A stretch of DNA of 64,000 nt from Octopus sinensis (GCF_006345805.1 NC_043012.1:48174001-48238000); one strand, 5' to 3'; positions 15,528-30,112 are shown, counted from the stretch's first letter. Notes: generated by a model not told the origin, from the letters alone. Translations and numbers: made by a program.

Positions 15528-16135
15528 AGCCGGCGAACTGGCAGTATCGTTAGCACGCTGGGCAAAATCCTTAGCGGCATTTCGTCTGCCGCTACGTTCT
15601 GCGTTCAAATTCCGCCGAGGTCGACTTTGGCTTTCATCCTTTCGGGGTCGATTAAATAAGTACCAGTTACGCACTGGTGTCGATATAATCGATTTAATCC
15701 GTTTATCTGTCCTTGTTTGTCCTCTCTAGATTTAGCCCCTTGTGGGTAGTAAAGAAATAGAAATGGTATTTCGTCTGCCGCTACGTTCTGCGTTCAAAAT
15801 TCGCCGATTTCGACTTTACATTTCATCCTTTCGGATTGGATTAAATAAGTACGAGTTACGCACTGCGGTCGATGTAATCGATTTAATCCCCTCCCCTAAG
15901 CTGCCCTTGTGCAAAAACATTGAAATCATCATTTTTTTGTTTTTGTTAAGGGAGCGAGCCGGTAGAGTTTTTAGGGCGCTGGACGAAATGCATGAGGTCT
16001 TTCGCCCGTCGAAACGTTCTGATTTCGAATTCCGCCCGATGTCAACTTTGCTTTTCATCCTTTCGACTACTGTGGTTATTGTAATCGACAAACCCCTTCC
16101 CCACAAATTTCATACCTTGTGACTATTGCAGAAAC
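15528..16135 (+). mobile_element. SINE family B cluster (full unit, tandem partial unit and a third diverged copy)
   Basis: Head GGCGAACTGGCAGTATCGTTAGCACGC..GTTCAAATTCCGCC. Core CTTTCATCCTTTCGGGGTCGAT is repeated three times. Confidence 0.85.
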
Positions 16136-16137
16136 GA

Positions 16138-16171
16138 TTATTATCAGTATTATTATTATTATTATTATTAT

Positions 16172-16209
<38 letters not shown>

Positions 16210-16251
16210 TAGTAGTAGTAAGTAGTTGTAGTAGTAGTTATAGTAGTAGTT

Positions 16252-16301
<50 letters not shown>

Positions 16302-16310
16302 CGCAGCAGT
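16138..16310. repeat. (TTA)n(TAG)n microsatellite
   Basis: Direct inspection. Confidence 0.95.
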
Positions 16311-16574
16311 AGCTGTAAGTCGTTGAGCTGGCAGATTTAGAACCCTTGGTTCGATAAAATAATTACTAGTTAAGTAAGTACTTGGCTCAATGCAATCAAC
16401 TAATCTCTTCCTCTAAACATATTGAGGGATATACTACTTAGTAGTGCTGATACGTTACTGAAGGCAATTCTAAAAAAAGACATGTTTAATGTCATACGAT
16501 TTTTAGCTATCACAACTCATCCGAACACTGGAGTATTTGTACTTTAATACGTGACTTGTCACTTTGTCATATAG

Positions 16575-17406
<832 letters not shown>

Positions 17407-18077
17407 CTTATATGAACAATATAAAATGATTCATATGTATGTACATATTAATGTGTCCCTATTTATACAAAAGAAATAAAGATGTATATATCTGAGATAT
17501 ATGTGTATGTAACTGAGCAGCAATTAATGATTAATTAGACATGTGTATAAGTGATGTAATGAAAACTACAGAAATAATTCATGAATATCCTGGGAATTTT
17601 AAAATAGCTGTTCCTATGCAAGCAAGTTCAAGAGCTACCAAATTCTATGACTCATTTTGCTTTCAAAATTCAAAAAAAAAATATATATACATATTACGAA
17701 TGCTTTATATATATGTATGTGTGTGTGTGTATGTATGTATGTATATAATCTATATATATGTATATTCATATATTTATATATACATATATGTATATTTATA
17801 TATATGTATGTATGTATATATGTATACACACGTTGTGGCTATATCTATATCCATATACTTGTATGTATACATGCACACATGTTTATATATATACATATTT
17901 ATATCTCTGTGTGTGTACGTATGTATGCATAAATATAAATGTGCATGTATACGTTGTATATATATATATATATTATCTATATTTGGATGTATAAATACAT
18001 ACACAAACATATGGACAGATAGGTAGGTAGGTAGGTAGGTAGATACATAGATAGATAGATAGATAGATGATAGATAG

Positions 18078-18120
<43 letters not shown>

Positions 18121-18186
18121 AGCATACAGACATAAAGAAGGCATAATATAAAAACATATATATATAATATATACGTTATACATATG

Positions 18187-18235
<49 letters not shown>

Positions 18236-18690
18236 ATATACACATTCATATACTTACACATATGCATTAGTGTGTGTGTATGTATGTGTGTGTGTGTATG
18301 TGTTGTTTGCGCATAGCGTTGAATCAATATCCAAACTCTATTACTTGGCAAGGTTTCTTTGGGAACGTAATTATTATTCTATGTTAATTATATTATCTAA
18401 CAGAAATATTTTCTTTTCCTTTTCATGAACATTTAATAAGTTTATTGAGATATTCGAAGAATACCAAATGTGTCTTATAGAAGATAGCATTCTGCAATCG
18501 ACCATCTCTTTGAAATCATCCATGTGCCAATAAGTAACAGATCGATCAGTCGAATCTTGAAATTTCTCTGACTGAAAACAACACATATTCACTTTAGTGT
18601 CCTTATTTTTTTCGTTCATTTATGCTAGCATCAATTACCATCATTTAATTATATTTCTACGAAATAAATACTTATGAGAATTATGTGTAG

Positions 18691-18734
<44 letters not shown>

Positions 18735-18768
18735 GATCGAACGCCACGCATCCTTTTCCAAGTAAGTT

Positions 18769-18918
<150 letters not shown>

Positions 18919-19328
18919 TATATATATACACATATATATATCTTACTATATATATATTTATGTGTGTGTGTGTATAAATGAATATATATATATATACACA
19001 TGTATGCATATGTATATGTATATATGTTGTATAGTGAAACTGTACACCCTTCCCGGTAAAATAGTAGCCAGTCATTATAAGTACACCCGTAGCCGGTTGA
19101 CATAGGAAAGTCGAAAGTCAAGAGTACGTGTAAACTGTGTTGATAGTTGTGTCTGGACAGATACAATAATTATACTGTGATACTTTGAAGATAATGACAC
19201 TGTACGATTTGGGTTGTACAGTGCCTGTTAGAGCCATTCTTTTGACAAATTTGTAATATGTCAGAGAGACAAACGTCGAGAAAAGACTAATTCAACAGTG
19301 GCAAAAGACCGCTTTACAACAAGATATA

Positions 19329-19705
19329 TTAGGTTGGCAACTAAGCACCCACCGTTTTTTAAAATTTTAATTTTTTATAAGGTTTACTAAAAAATAACAA
19401 CTAATTAATCAATAATGTATTCCCTCTCGTTGTTTACAACTTCTTCCCAACGTTCAACAAGATTTTCAATACCTCGTTAGTAGAAGTCACCTGGTTTCGA
19501 CTCGAAATATTGATTCAACCAAGCTCTCAATTCTGCATCAGTACTGAACGAAACTCTGCACGTAGCGTTTGAAAGAGATCGAAAGAGGTGGAAATCTGTT
19601 GGTGCTAAATCAGGAGAGTACGACGGGTGTGGCAGCACTTCCCAGCCATGCGTTTGCATGGCTTCCTTGGTCATATTGGGGACATGTTTGAGCATTCGAT
19701 GCACC
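19329..19705 (-). mobile_element. Mariner (DD34D) 3' fragment with one TIR
   Basis: ORF 19477-19707 contains WEVLPHPSYSPDLAPTDFHLFRSL. A TA-ttaggttggcaac mariner-type terminus lies at 19329. Confidence 0.9.
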
Positions 19706-20099
19706 AAAACTCAAGTGCGTGCATCAATTCGCTCGTAGAATCTTTGGGATATCTTACAAATCTTCACTGTACCACTAATGGACTGGACTCGGCAATTCGT
19801 GTCGATTTCTTTTGCTCTTCAAATCCTAGTATTTATAGGTTTTTCTGTAAATTTGCAGATTCACAGCCTAATAGACTTAAGATGATAGTAACAAATAAGA
19901 ATTTATACAGTGGCTACAAGTAAGTTTCGCATTAATTCGCTATAAATGTTCTGTTTCACTTGGACTTTTACTGGTACATTCACATTCACTGGGTGGCTGT
20001 CCTCAACAACAGTGTATGTCTGTTTTTCCCTCTCCCACGGAGCAATATCAGGTCTGTTTTTTTTTTCCTTCTTCACCAAATTGCTGGTTTTACTGGAGT

Positions 20100-20480
20100 C
20101 TTACACCAGCATAACTTATGTATGTCATTATGTTGGTAGGAGTACTGACACTGCAAACATTGTGGACCACTATTTTATTGAAATCTTCGAGTTATTCTGC
20201 TGTAATATTCGTTAGTATCACGTGTTTTGTTACAGGTTCCAATTTAAGATATGTTTTCATCAATCCCTAGACACATGTAACATTCATTATCAGGTATAAG
20301 GGAAACAGATGAAGATGTTGCTAGTCTGGTTAACGGTTTTCCCGCTTTTCACAACTACGTAACAACATTTATCCTGATCAAACTCCAACCCTATATCCTT
20401 TGAGAGTGTTGTAACCGGGTCAAGGTTCTTTTTCATCTCGCGTATATTTTTGCATATAGCGTCAAGTCAGCCAAAATGTA
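20100..20480 (-). mobile_element. R4/Dong-clade non-LTR retrotransposon RT fragment
   Basis: Minus strand reads LADLTLYAKNIREMKKNLDPVTTLSKDIGLEFDQDKCCY, then YMCLGIDENIS, NEYYSRI and FNKIVVHN. This resembles the R4-clade pattern DDLKLYA..FS.DIGM.FG.DKC..YKYLG. Confidence 0.65.
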
Positions 20481-20732
20481 GCAGTGTAGTTTTTGTATTT
20501 CTGTTTATTTATCAACCAGTGAGATATTCTTCATACTTCCTTAACATGAATGGCAAGGGGTTTACAGAATGTATAAGCAACAACACAGAGATGTATGTAT
20601 GTATGTATGTATGTATGTATGTATGTATGTATGTATGTATGTATGTATGTATGTATGTATGTATGTATGCATGTATGTATGTATCTAAGTGTATGTATGT
20701 AGAATGTATGTTTATATATACGTGCGTATGTT

Positions 20733-20767
<35 letters not shown>

Positions 20768-21596
20768 ATGTTTGTGTATATTTGAAGGAGTGTGTGTGTA
20801 CTGGTGTTTTGTGTCTATAAGCGTTTTTATATGAAAGCCATTTCGAGCATTATAACGGATACAAACATCTATCTGATTTTACTTTTCTGTGTCTTTTCCC
20901 ACACACATACATACATTGTATCGTTGACAGACTCATATATACATTGTATACATTGCGTCGTTGTTGAATTTAGTTGGGTTCAAGATTACTACATAAGGAA
21001 ATTATATTGAATCCATCATACAAATCGATACTACGGGCGTTGGTGTGTTCTTCTGATGTAAATGGGAGTTAAACTTAGCTGAGCTGTACATGCAATCCAC
21101 GGAGCTATATTTGCAACACAAGTGCTACCTCACGAAACTCATTAACCGTACGAGTCACGTACAGATCGAAGTTCATTATGGTTGAGTTGTTGCAGCATGA
21201 TAGACAATAACTCATCGAGAACAATGCTTTTCAATAAACATGTGAAATTGGTTTAATATACATTTGACTTTCCAAGTATCTGCTAGCCGTCAAAAAGGAA
21301 CATCCACTGATGACAGCAATCCGATGTCTCTGACATTTAATAAAGAGATATAGCTCACGGCTTTCATATCTGGAACTTTTCATTTCGACAAAGGCTTTGT
21401 TACATATGGAGTATCTTAAGTGCTCTGTATATAACAGTAGTATGTGTATACACATACACACACATAAACACACATATACATTACGTACAGCCATATACAT
21501 CTAGCATTGTCTGTCTGGCCTGTCTCTCTCCCTCCATGTATATAGATGTGTGTGTGTGTGTGTGTGTGTAGATAAATAGACGTAGATATTTTAACT

Positions 21597-21775
21597 TTTA
21601 TCGTTTACTTGTTTCAGTCATTGGACTGCGGTCATCCTGGGGCATAATCTTGGAGACTTTTTTGTTTTGTTTTTAATCTGATGAATCGACTCTAGTACTT
21701 ATTCGTTGTTAATCCTGGCACTTTTGTCGGTCCTCTTTTCTCGAACCGCTACATGACGGAGACAGGACAACACCT
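21597..21775 (-). mobile_element. SINE family A 3' half
   Basis: TTACTTGTTTCAGTCATTGGACTGCGGTCAT is the reverse complement of the family A tail. Confidence 0.75.
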
Positions 21776-22436
21776 TACATTGTGGAGACGGTACGTAGCA
21801 TAGGGGAGCGAATAGGCGAAAACTGGTGGTGGTTCAAAGAGGAGAAAAGCTCCTCAGCGCTCTACCAACGCGCTAAAATACAACACAGAGGCACGGTTAA
21901 TAATATAGAGGTTATTATTAGAGCATAGAATACAAACGACACTTAGATTACAGAAGCCACACTCAGAGTAATAGATAAACTGAGCTTCAACAGAAAACAC
22001 AAATGAAGGAAAAGAAAAATGACATAGATACAGTGTAAGATACACATCAAAGGCAAGCATGCACATAATTAAGATGAAATATAAAGGAGATAAATAAGTA
22101 GACAAAAGGGCATAGCTACAAACAGTATAGTAAGCAAACCCACATACTCACACACAAACATGCATACAGTAACCTCACAAACAATAGCTACAGTAACAAC
22201 ACGAAAAAGAACAATACCAACAACATGAACAACAATCACGATGGCAAGAATATGAACGAACACAGAAAGATGCAAGAACGATATAAGGGTCAATAATAGC
22301 GGCAGCAGCAGCAGTAGTAGCAATAAAGGATGAAATTTAAATGCAGGGAAGGTCAATATACCAAGTATTGGTATCACTAAGAACAACACTAACGGTAACA
22401 ACAGCTCAAACAGTACAGTGGGCAAGCCCATAGTAA

Positions 22437-22670
22437 TAATTCTGAAACGTTCTCCTCTGATCAGACACACACATATAGATGCATAAATACATAGATACAT
22501 AGATACAGACATACACACAAACAACCAGATAAATAGGCACATAGATGGAACAGTCAAACACAGTTGTCCTTCCCCGCCTTCAACCATACACGCGTACATG
22601 TATTGCATATTTTCTTCATTTGCATGAAATCCAAGGCATACTCAAAGACATAATCCCAATCTCCATTACA
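22437..22670 (+). repeat. Dispersed inverted duplication, copy 1 (partner 27502-27731)
   Basis: Near-identical reverse complement. ORFs 22545+ and 27328- share SNTVVLPRLQPYTRTCIAYFLHLHEIQGILKDIIPISIT. Confidence 0.9.
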
Positions 22671-22888
22671 TACCCATACAAAACACATAGATACGCGAAG
22701 GCAAACGCGCGCGCATACACACACACTTACACACACACACACATGCATGCACGCACGTGACCACACACTCACACAGATACAGACGCAAACGCGTGCGCAA
22801 ATAAGGATAGACATCATAGAAGAACGGCATGGACTAGGTGAAGAAGGATACACGCGGATGGGAAGGGTAGATGATAAGGCAGATAAGG

Positions 22889-23301
22889 TGGGCGGGCTGG
22901 CAGAAACGTTAGCACGCTGGAAAAAATGCTTTGTGGTATTTCGCCCGCCGCTGCGTTCTGAGTTCAAATTCCGCCAAGGTTCACTCTGCCTTTCATCCAT
23001 TCGGGATCGTTAAATTAAGTACCAGTTACGCACTGGGGTCGATGTAATCGACTTAATCCCTTTGTCTGTCCTTGTTTGTCCTCTCTGTGTTTAGCCCCTT
23101 GTGACTAGTAAAGATATAGGTATTTCGTCTACCGTTACGTTCTGAGTTCAAATTCCGCCGAGGTCCACTTTGCCTTTCATCCTTTCGGGGTCGATTAAAT
23201 AAGTACCAGTTACACACTGGGGTCGATGTAATCGACTTAATTCCTTTGTCTGTCTTTGTTTTCCCCTCTATGTTTAGCCCCTTGTGGGCAATAAAGAAAT
23301 A
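22889..23301 (+). mobile_element. SINE family B, head plus tandem-duplicated body
   Basis: tRNA-like head and GTTCAAATTCC B-box. The body restarts at GGTATTTCGTC at ~23119. Confidence 0.9.
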
Positions 23302-24063
23302 TGATGGAAAAGGTAGTTGAAGGGGTCACAGATGTGTGGCGGAAGATTTCCAGACAATGGATATAAGATAAAACATTTTAACATGCATTGCGTAGATTGC
23401 ATAGTTTAGTTTAAAGACAAGAATTGCACATACACACAAAAATATTTGAGTTTCAGTATTAAATATACGTATGTGAATATGTGTATACGTGAGTATGTAT
23501 ATGTATATTCGCATACGCATATCCACTTCTATAACTGAAAATGTAAAGCATGCAGAGTAACAATTAGCCAATACAAAACTCATTCGATCTACATAAAGAT
23601 ACTCGTATTCTTACTCAATTACAGCATTCGATCTCATTACTTTGACCTCCATATTAACCTAGTTCTCTTAACCACTATAGCTGCTACCCTACAAAATATG
23701 GAAACAGAACTGGCTCACGCCAACCTACCTAGATTAACTCCATCCTCTGGTGCTAGAAATCAAGGAAAATATGATTAAAACAAATTACTAAGCCCAATTA
23801 CGTATTCTTCATTGAATTCCACTTGACCGATCCTTTATCTGGTCGCGTACCCTGCTAGAAATAACAAACGCATTTTCTTTATGGTCAAATCCTAACATCT
23901 TAAAAACTTTATAATTTACATTAGTGACAATATTGACCTAAATACGCTAAATGTATCGATTATAAATTTGGTTTGAATGTGCTGATTTCTGGCTAAATTT
24001 ATAATACTTCACTTGACCCGCTTACTATATATATATTTATATATATTTACATATATTTACATG

Positions 24064-24131
<68 letters not shown>

Positions 24132-24324
24132 GGATGTGTATGAGCATGTTGCGTTGTATGTGATTTTTCCATGTAGTATGTCTTGATAGGTGCAGGCGTT
24201 CTTACAGTTATATACGTACCACGCGCACACACACACGGTATGTATATACATATATATATTTATATGAGTGTATGTGTAAAAATATACATCATATATTTAG
24301 ATATACACATGTGTCTATGTATAC

Positions 24325-24371
<47 letters not shown>

Positions 24372-24874
24372 AGTGTGTGTGTGTGTGCGTGTGCGTTTTT
24401 CCCTATATTCGTTTATGCATAAATCAAGTACGATCGGTACATATTCGTTGAAAGGAAATCCTTAGTTATATTCGGAATATATAGAAATACATAGAAAGCT
24501 CAAAATATTTCTATACCTTCATCTCATTGACATTTAACACAGCATTCCTCGTCTTTCGGGGTCAGGATGACCTTCATAGAACAGGCTTTGTAATTGTTGT
24601 TCTTGCAACTGCTGCCGCTGCTGTTGATGCTGCTGCTGCCGCTGCTTATATTATTGTTGTCTTTAGGTGTTGTTGTTGGTGTTGAACTCCGACCTATTTT
24701 TTTCTGCTTGACTGCGATTGGTTAATATCGAGAATAAGAACGGCTTGCTTCCGAGACAGCAGAGTCTTGTAAGCGGTTGGGTATTCTCAATCTCAGTGTA
24801 AATCTGATAAGAATAGGAAGCAATAACAAAGTCGACAGATTAATAATGATGATAATACAAGAAAAAGAAATATT

Positions 24875-25335
24875 GATGACGACGACGACGACGACGACGA
24901 TGATGATGATGATGATGATAAAAACAATACTGATGATGATAATATTAGTGGTGATGTTGATGGTGATGATGATGATGATGATGATGACGACGGCGACGAA
25001 ATTAATAATAATAATATTAATAATAACAACGTCGACGACGACAATAATAATAATAATAACAACAACAATAATAATAATAGTGTTTTTATTGCCACAAGGT
25101 CGTTGGGTGAGGGGCATTACAAGACCATAAAATAACAACAATAGTAATAAAAGTAGTAGTAGTAGTGGTGGTGGTGGTGGTGGTAGTAGTAGTAGTAGAA
25201 ACGATAATAATATTGATGAAGAAGGGGGTGATGATGATGATAATGATGTTAATGACGAGGATGATGATGATGATGATGATGATGGTGACGGCGACAATAA
25301 TAATAATAATAATAATTATGATAATGATGATGATG

Positions 25336-25383
<48 letters not shown>

Positions 25384-25470
25384 GGAAGAAGAAGAAGAAG
25401 AAGAAGAAGAAGAAGAAGAAGAAGAAGAAGAAGAAGAAGAAGAAGAAGAAGAGAAGAAGAAGAAGATCGT
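24875..25470. repeat. Compound trinucleotide field (GAC/GAT/AAT/TAG/GAA)n
   Basis: Direct inspection. Confidence 0.95.
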
Positions 25471-27164
25471 TAATACTACTAATAATAATAATGATAGCAA
25501 TAAGAAAAAAGTCTTGTTCTCACATGGGTGACGGTTTGGGATGACATTACAACGGCATATTAGGGACATGAACAAAAGCAACAACAACAACAACAACAGC
25601 TTGCAGTAGCCATTACGGCAGCGACAACAGCCATAGTTACAGCAGATAGGTGAAAAAAATAGAATCTGATTAATGTATCTTTCGGAAATATTTTTTCTAA
25701 ATACCTTTTCTTTTTACATTTTTTTTCCTGCTTTATTATTATTTTTTAAGGAACTAGAATTAGTAAGGTTTTATTTAGAAGACAAAAGATTGGTGCGTAT
25801 GAGTATGTATGTGTGTGTGTGTGTGTGTGTGTGTTGTGTGTGTGTGTGTGTGTGTGGAGGTGGATTTAGAAGGCTTCGTGAAAATTGTACTGGTGATGCG
25901 TTACTTATAGCAGAGATGGAAAATATCGTGAGAGGAAGTGAGTAACAGAATAATGAATAAGAATAAAATATAGAAAAATTTGAGTTAAAATGGTTAGGGA
26001 AAAAAATAATAATAATAAACATTAAAAAAATTTAGATAAAGGATAAAAGAGATAAAGCATAAAGATAAAAGAGAGAATCGGGTAGAATAATTGGTTTATT
26101 GGTAGTTATGGAACCTCAGATTCGAAGGATTGGAAGAATGGTACGGATGGGAAGGAAGTGACTGAGAGAGAGAGAGAGAGAGGATAGAGAGAGAATGGGG
26201 ATAGAGAGAGTTGTAGAGAGTGAAGGAGAGAGAAGCTGGTGAGAATGTCTCACATGCATGCCCTTCCCCAAGAGCTCTTAAATGAAACTGCTCCGATCTA
26301 AATTTGAAAGATGCGTGAGACGTGACATCAGCTCACCTGCAGACAGTGAAAGAGGAGGGAGCGGCAGTAGTGATGGAGGAGGTGGTAGTGGTGTGGTGGT
26401 GGTGGTGGTGGTGGTGGCAGCGGAGGCAGGGGGGATAGCGGGGCCGGCGGTGATAACTAGTGATGGGGGTGCTGGTAGTGGTAGCGGTAATGGTGGTGGA
26501 AAAAAATGGGGGTTGGGAAATAAGAGAAATAAAATGAGAGATAGAGAGAATAATAAAAGGAAGCAAGAGTTTTGTGCTTATATTGTTTCATTTATTTTTA
26601 TGGAATGATTTTTTTTGCTGTGTGTGTGTGTGTGCTTTATATTTTTTTACGTTTGAGCGGAATATAAAAGATAATGAGATTGTGTGTTTGTATGTAAATC
26701 TTTGTGTGTGTTCGTGTGTGGTGCGCGTGTACGGAAGAGGGAGTGTATGTGTGTGCATGTGTAAGGTAAAAAAAGATGCTGGGGCTTATGGGGTGGAAAA
26801 CAAGGGACACAGTAAGAGACACAGATACATACATACATACATACATACATACATACATACATAAATACATATATGCATGCAAATACTCAAATATAACGCA
26901 CAGACGTAAACCTATGACTACATACACACACACATGCATATACATACACATATATGTGTGTGTGTGTGTGAGTGTATACATATGTAAATACATACAGACA
27001 CGCGCGCGCTCAGACACACCCTCACACACAGACATACAAACGTATGTATATGTATATATATTTCATCTTTTACATCTTTCAGCCATCAAATTACGGCCAT
27101 GCTGGGGCACCACCTATATTTATACCTAAATAGATATACACATACAGTTAAAGCAATGCAAGCC

Positions 27165-27318
27165 TATACCCACGTATAATATTATATATATTATACGTAT
27201 ATATTATATTATATATATATATCATATTATATATATATACCCACGTATATATTATATTATATATATATCATATTATATATATATATATACCCACGTATAT
27301 ATTATATTATATATATGT
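27165..27318. repeat. AT-rich minisatellite, three ATACCCACGTATA-anchored units
   Basis: The motif recurs at ~27166, ~27237 and ~27287. Confidence 0.8.
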
Positions 27319-27501
27319 ATTGTATATCTAAATATATATGAATATAAATAAATATTTTATAAATGTATGTGCGCGTGGTGTGTGTAGGCAATTAATCGGG
27401 TAAAATACCCATGGACGCCAGATGCTTACGGATAGTATTAGCAAGAAAGAGAGAGAGAGAGAGAGGGAGGGAGAGAGAAAGTGAGAGAGAGAGGGGGCGT
27501 G

Positions 27502-27731
27502 TGTAATGGAGATTGGGATTATGTCTTTGAGTATGCCTTGGATTTCATGCAAATGAAGAAAATATGCAATACATGTACGCGTGTATGGTTGAAGGCGGGG
27601 AAGGACAACTGTGTTTGAATGTTCCATTTATGTGCCTATTTATCTGGTTGTTTGTGTGTATGTCTGTATCTATGTATCTATGTATTTATGCATCTATATG
27701 TGTGTGTCTGATCAGAGAACGTTTCATAATT
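27502..27731 (-). repeat. Dispersed inverted duplication, copy 2
   Basis: Reverse complement of 22437-22670. Confidence 0.9.
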
Positions 27732-28314
27732 GGTGTAGAATAGAGTGAAGTAGAGAACATTTTAGAGAGAGGGTATTGGAATTTAGAGCGGCATGGGGGG
27801 GGGGGTTCTTTTAATTGTGGGAAGATAGAATGAAATAATGGAAGTATATATGTAGAGGAGGGGTAAGTTGCAGTGAGTTAGGAATTGAGTTGAAAGAATT
27901 TTTAGAATTTTATTAAATAGTTAGACGGCGGAGAATATGAAAAAGAAAATTGAATGGGCAAGGAAGAGGGGCATGCATACTCTCTCTCTCAAACACACAC
28001 ACACACACACTCATACACCCACATATACACGAACATATATATAAACAAATATATACATGTGCTTGTGTGTGTGTATTTTTTTTTAATTGTCACCCATTTT
28101 ATTGCGGCCATGCTGTAGCTTTACCTTGAAGAATTTTTAATCGAATGAATCGAATGAACCTTTGCATTATTTTTATTCCAAGTACTTATTTATCGGTCTT
28201 TTTGCCGAACTGCTAGTATACGGGGAATACAGGGGACTATGGCTTAGTATATATGTCTGTTTTTACATCATTGTAACACGCTACTTAAATGCATTTAACT
28301 GGCCTCTGTTACAA

Positions 28315-28499
28315 TATTGTTATGTCACCTGTCTTCGGCATTTAAAAAAAATTTGCATGAAATGTTTTGTAATCTTACATAACACACACAACACATATAC
28401 AAACACACAGACGGTCACATACACACACACGCACACAGACACACACACGCAGATATTTCAAATTTTAAAAAAATGCCGAAGACAGGTGACATAACAATA
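28315..28499. mobile_element. MITE (Tc1/mariner-like, TA termini)
   Basis: Perfect 29-bp inverted repeat TATTGTTATGTCACCTGTCTTCGGCATTT (28315-28343) and its reverse complement (28471-28499) around a CA-rich spacer. Confidence 0.75.
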
Positions 28500-29067
28500 A
28501 GCAGGTGTATTAGTTCAACGCTCGGGAAGAATGGAAAAGTTATTGATGTTTTGAGCCTACGCTCCTCGACAGAAAAGAATGAGAAGAAAGAAATGGTGAA
28601 AGAAAACAAAAAAACGAAGAAAATAAGGCGCGAGAAAAAAATATAACAACGGGCTACTTTCACTTTCCATTGACCCAAACTACTCAATAATTTTAGTTGC
28701 CCCTAGGATATGGTTACCCCATGGCTAAGGTGCAGCGCATTGCGACTGAGTCCAAACCACGTAGTTGTGAAACAAATTTCTTAGTAACAGTGCTACACCG
28801 ACATCCATATTACTTTAATTCTTTTCTTAATGTATTGAGTATTTTTTTTAATTTAGGTCTGATTGCTTTCATGTGCTTTCAAAAGATTAGTCACACTCTA
28901 ACCGACACACAAGAACACATAATTGCATATATATACGTATATACATATTAATGTTTAAATACAGTTATATATGTATAAATGCATATGTACGTGTTTAGGT
29001 GTATATATGTACATATATGTACATATATGTGTTTAGGTGTATATATGTGTACATATGTACGTGTTTA

Positions 29068-29232
29068 GGCGCAGGAGTGGCTGTGTGGTAAGTAGCTTGC
29101 TAACCAACCACATGGTTCCGGGTTCAGTCCCACTGCGTAGCATCTTGGGCAAGTGTCTTCTGCTATAGCCCCGGGCCGACCAATGCCTTGTGAGTGGATT
29201 TGGTAGACGGAAACTGAAAGAAGTCTGTCGTA

Positions 29233-29300
<68 letters not shown>

Positions 29301-29522
29301 GGTGTGTGTGTTTGTGTGTCTATGTTTGTCCCCCTAGCATTGCTTGACAACCGATGCTAGTGTATTTACGTCCCCGTTACTTAGCGGTTCGGCAAAAGAG
29401 ACGATAGAATAAGTACTAGGCTTACAAAGAATAAGTCCCGGGGTCGATTTGCTCGACTAAAGGCGGTGCTCCAGCATGGCCGCAGTCAAAATGACTGAAA
29501 CAAGTAAAAGAGTAAAAGAGTA
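29068..29522 (+). mobile_element. tRNA-derived SINE family A, full-length and well preserved
   Basis: A-box TGGCTGTGTGG (29078) and B-box GGTTCAGTCCC (29121). Internal TA/TG microsatellite. Tail GGCGGTGCTCCAGCATGGCCGCAGTCAAAATGACTGAAACAAGTAAAAGAG. Confidence 0.92.
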
Positions 29523-29668
29523 TATATATAGGGAGATGTACTCGCATAGCAAGTGATTTGATCTGAGATCGTGTGCTGAAACGAAATCTATTGCAGCGTG
29601 GAAGGTGTTTGTAAGCCATTCAAGAAACACACAAAAGCCGTTCGATTCACTTCAACATTTAAGTTTAA

Positions 29669-29718
29669 TTTGTCAAAATATTTTCGTCGGTAAAATCCGC
29701 GACCTGTTCACTGACAAA
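29669..29718 (-). ncRNA. Candidate variant minimal type I hammerhead ribozyme (G3-C8 core) in a PLE-type terminal fragment (29531-29738)
   Basis: Minus strand: UUUGUCA-GUGAACA-G-GUCG[CGGAUUUUAC]CGAC-GAAA[AUAU]U-U-UGACAAA. It has a 7-bp stem I, a 4-bp stem II and a 1-bp stem III with a palindromic tetraloop. Confidence 0.5.
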
Positions 29719-29735
29719 AATCCGTGCTGCGTCTA

Positions 29736-29778
<43 letters not shown>

Positions 29779-29781
29779 CGA

Positions 29782-29930
29782 AGCGCATTCGTGGCTGTGT
29801 GGTAAGAAAATTCTGCCCACCCACATGGTTCGCGGTTCAGTCACACTGTGTGACATTTTGGGCAAGTGTCTTCTACATTAGCCTCGGTACAACCAAGACC
29901 TTGTGACGGAGACTGAAAGAAATCTGGCGT
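29782..29930 (+). mobile_element. SINE family A 5' half
   Basis: GTGGCTGTGTGGTAAGAA..CCACATGGTTCGCGGTTCAGTC..GGGCAAGTGTCTTCTAC. Confidence 0.8.
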
Positions 29931-29933
29931 ATA

Positions 29934-29986
<53 letters not shown>

Positions 29987-30072
29987 TGTATATGTATATA
30001 TATATACACACATACATATATGTTGTGTATAAATATATATATATATATATATATCTATATATAATCATATGC

Positions 30073-30103
<31 letters not shown>

Positions 30104-30112
30104 CGTGTGTGT

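Noticed and set aside
29068-29140. tRNA-like A/B boxes
   Set aside because: These are SINE heads followed by SINE body and tail, with no complete cloverleaf, so not tRNA genes.
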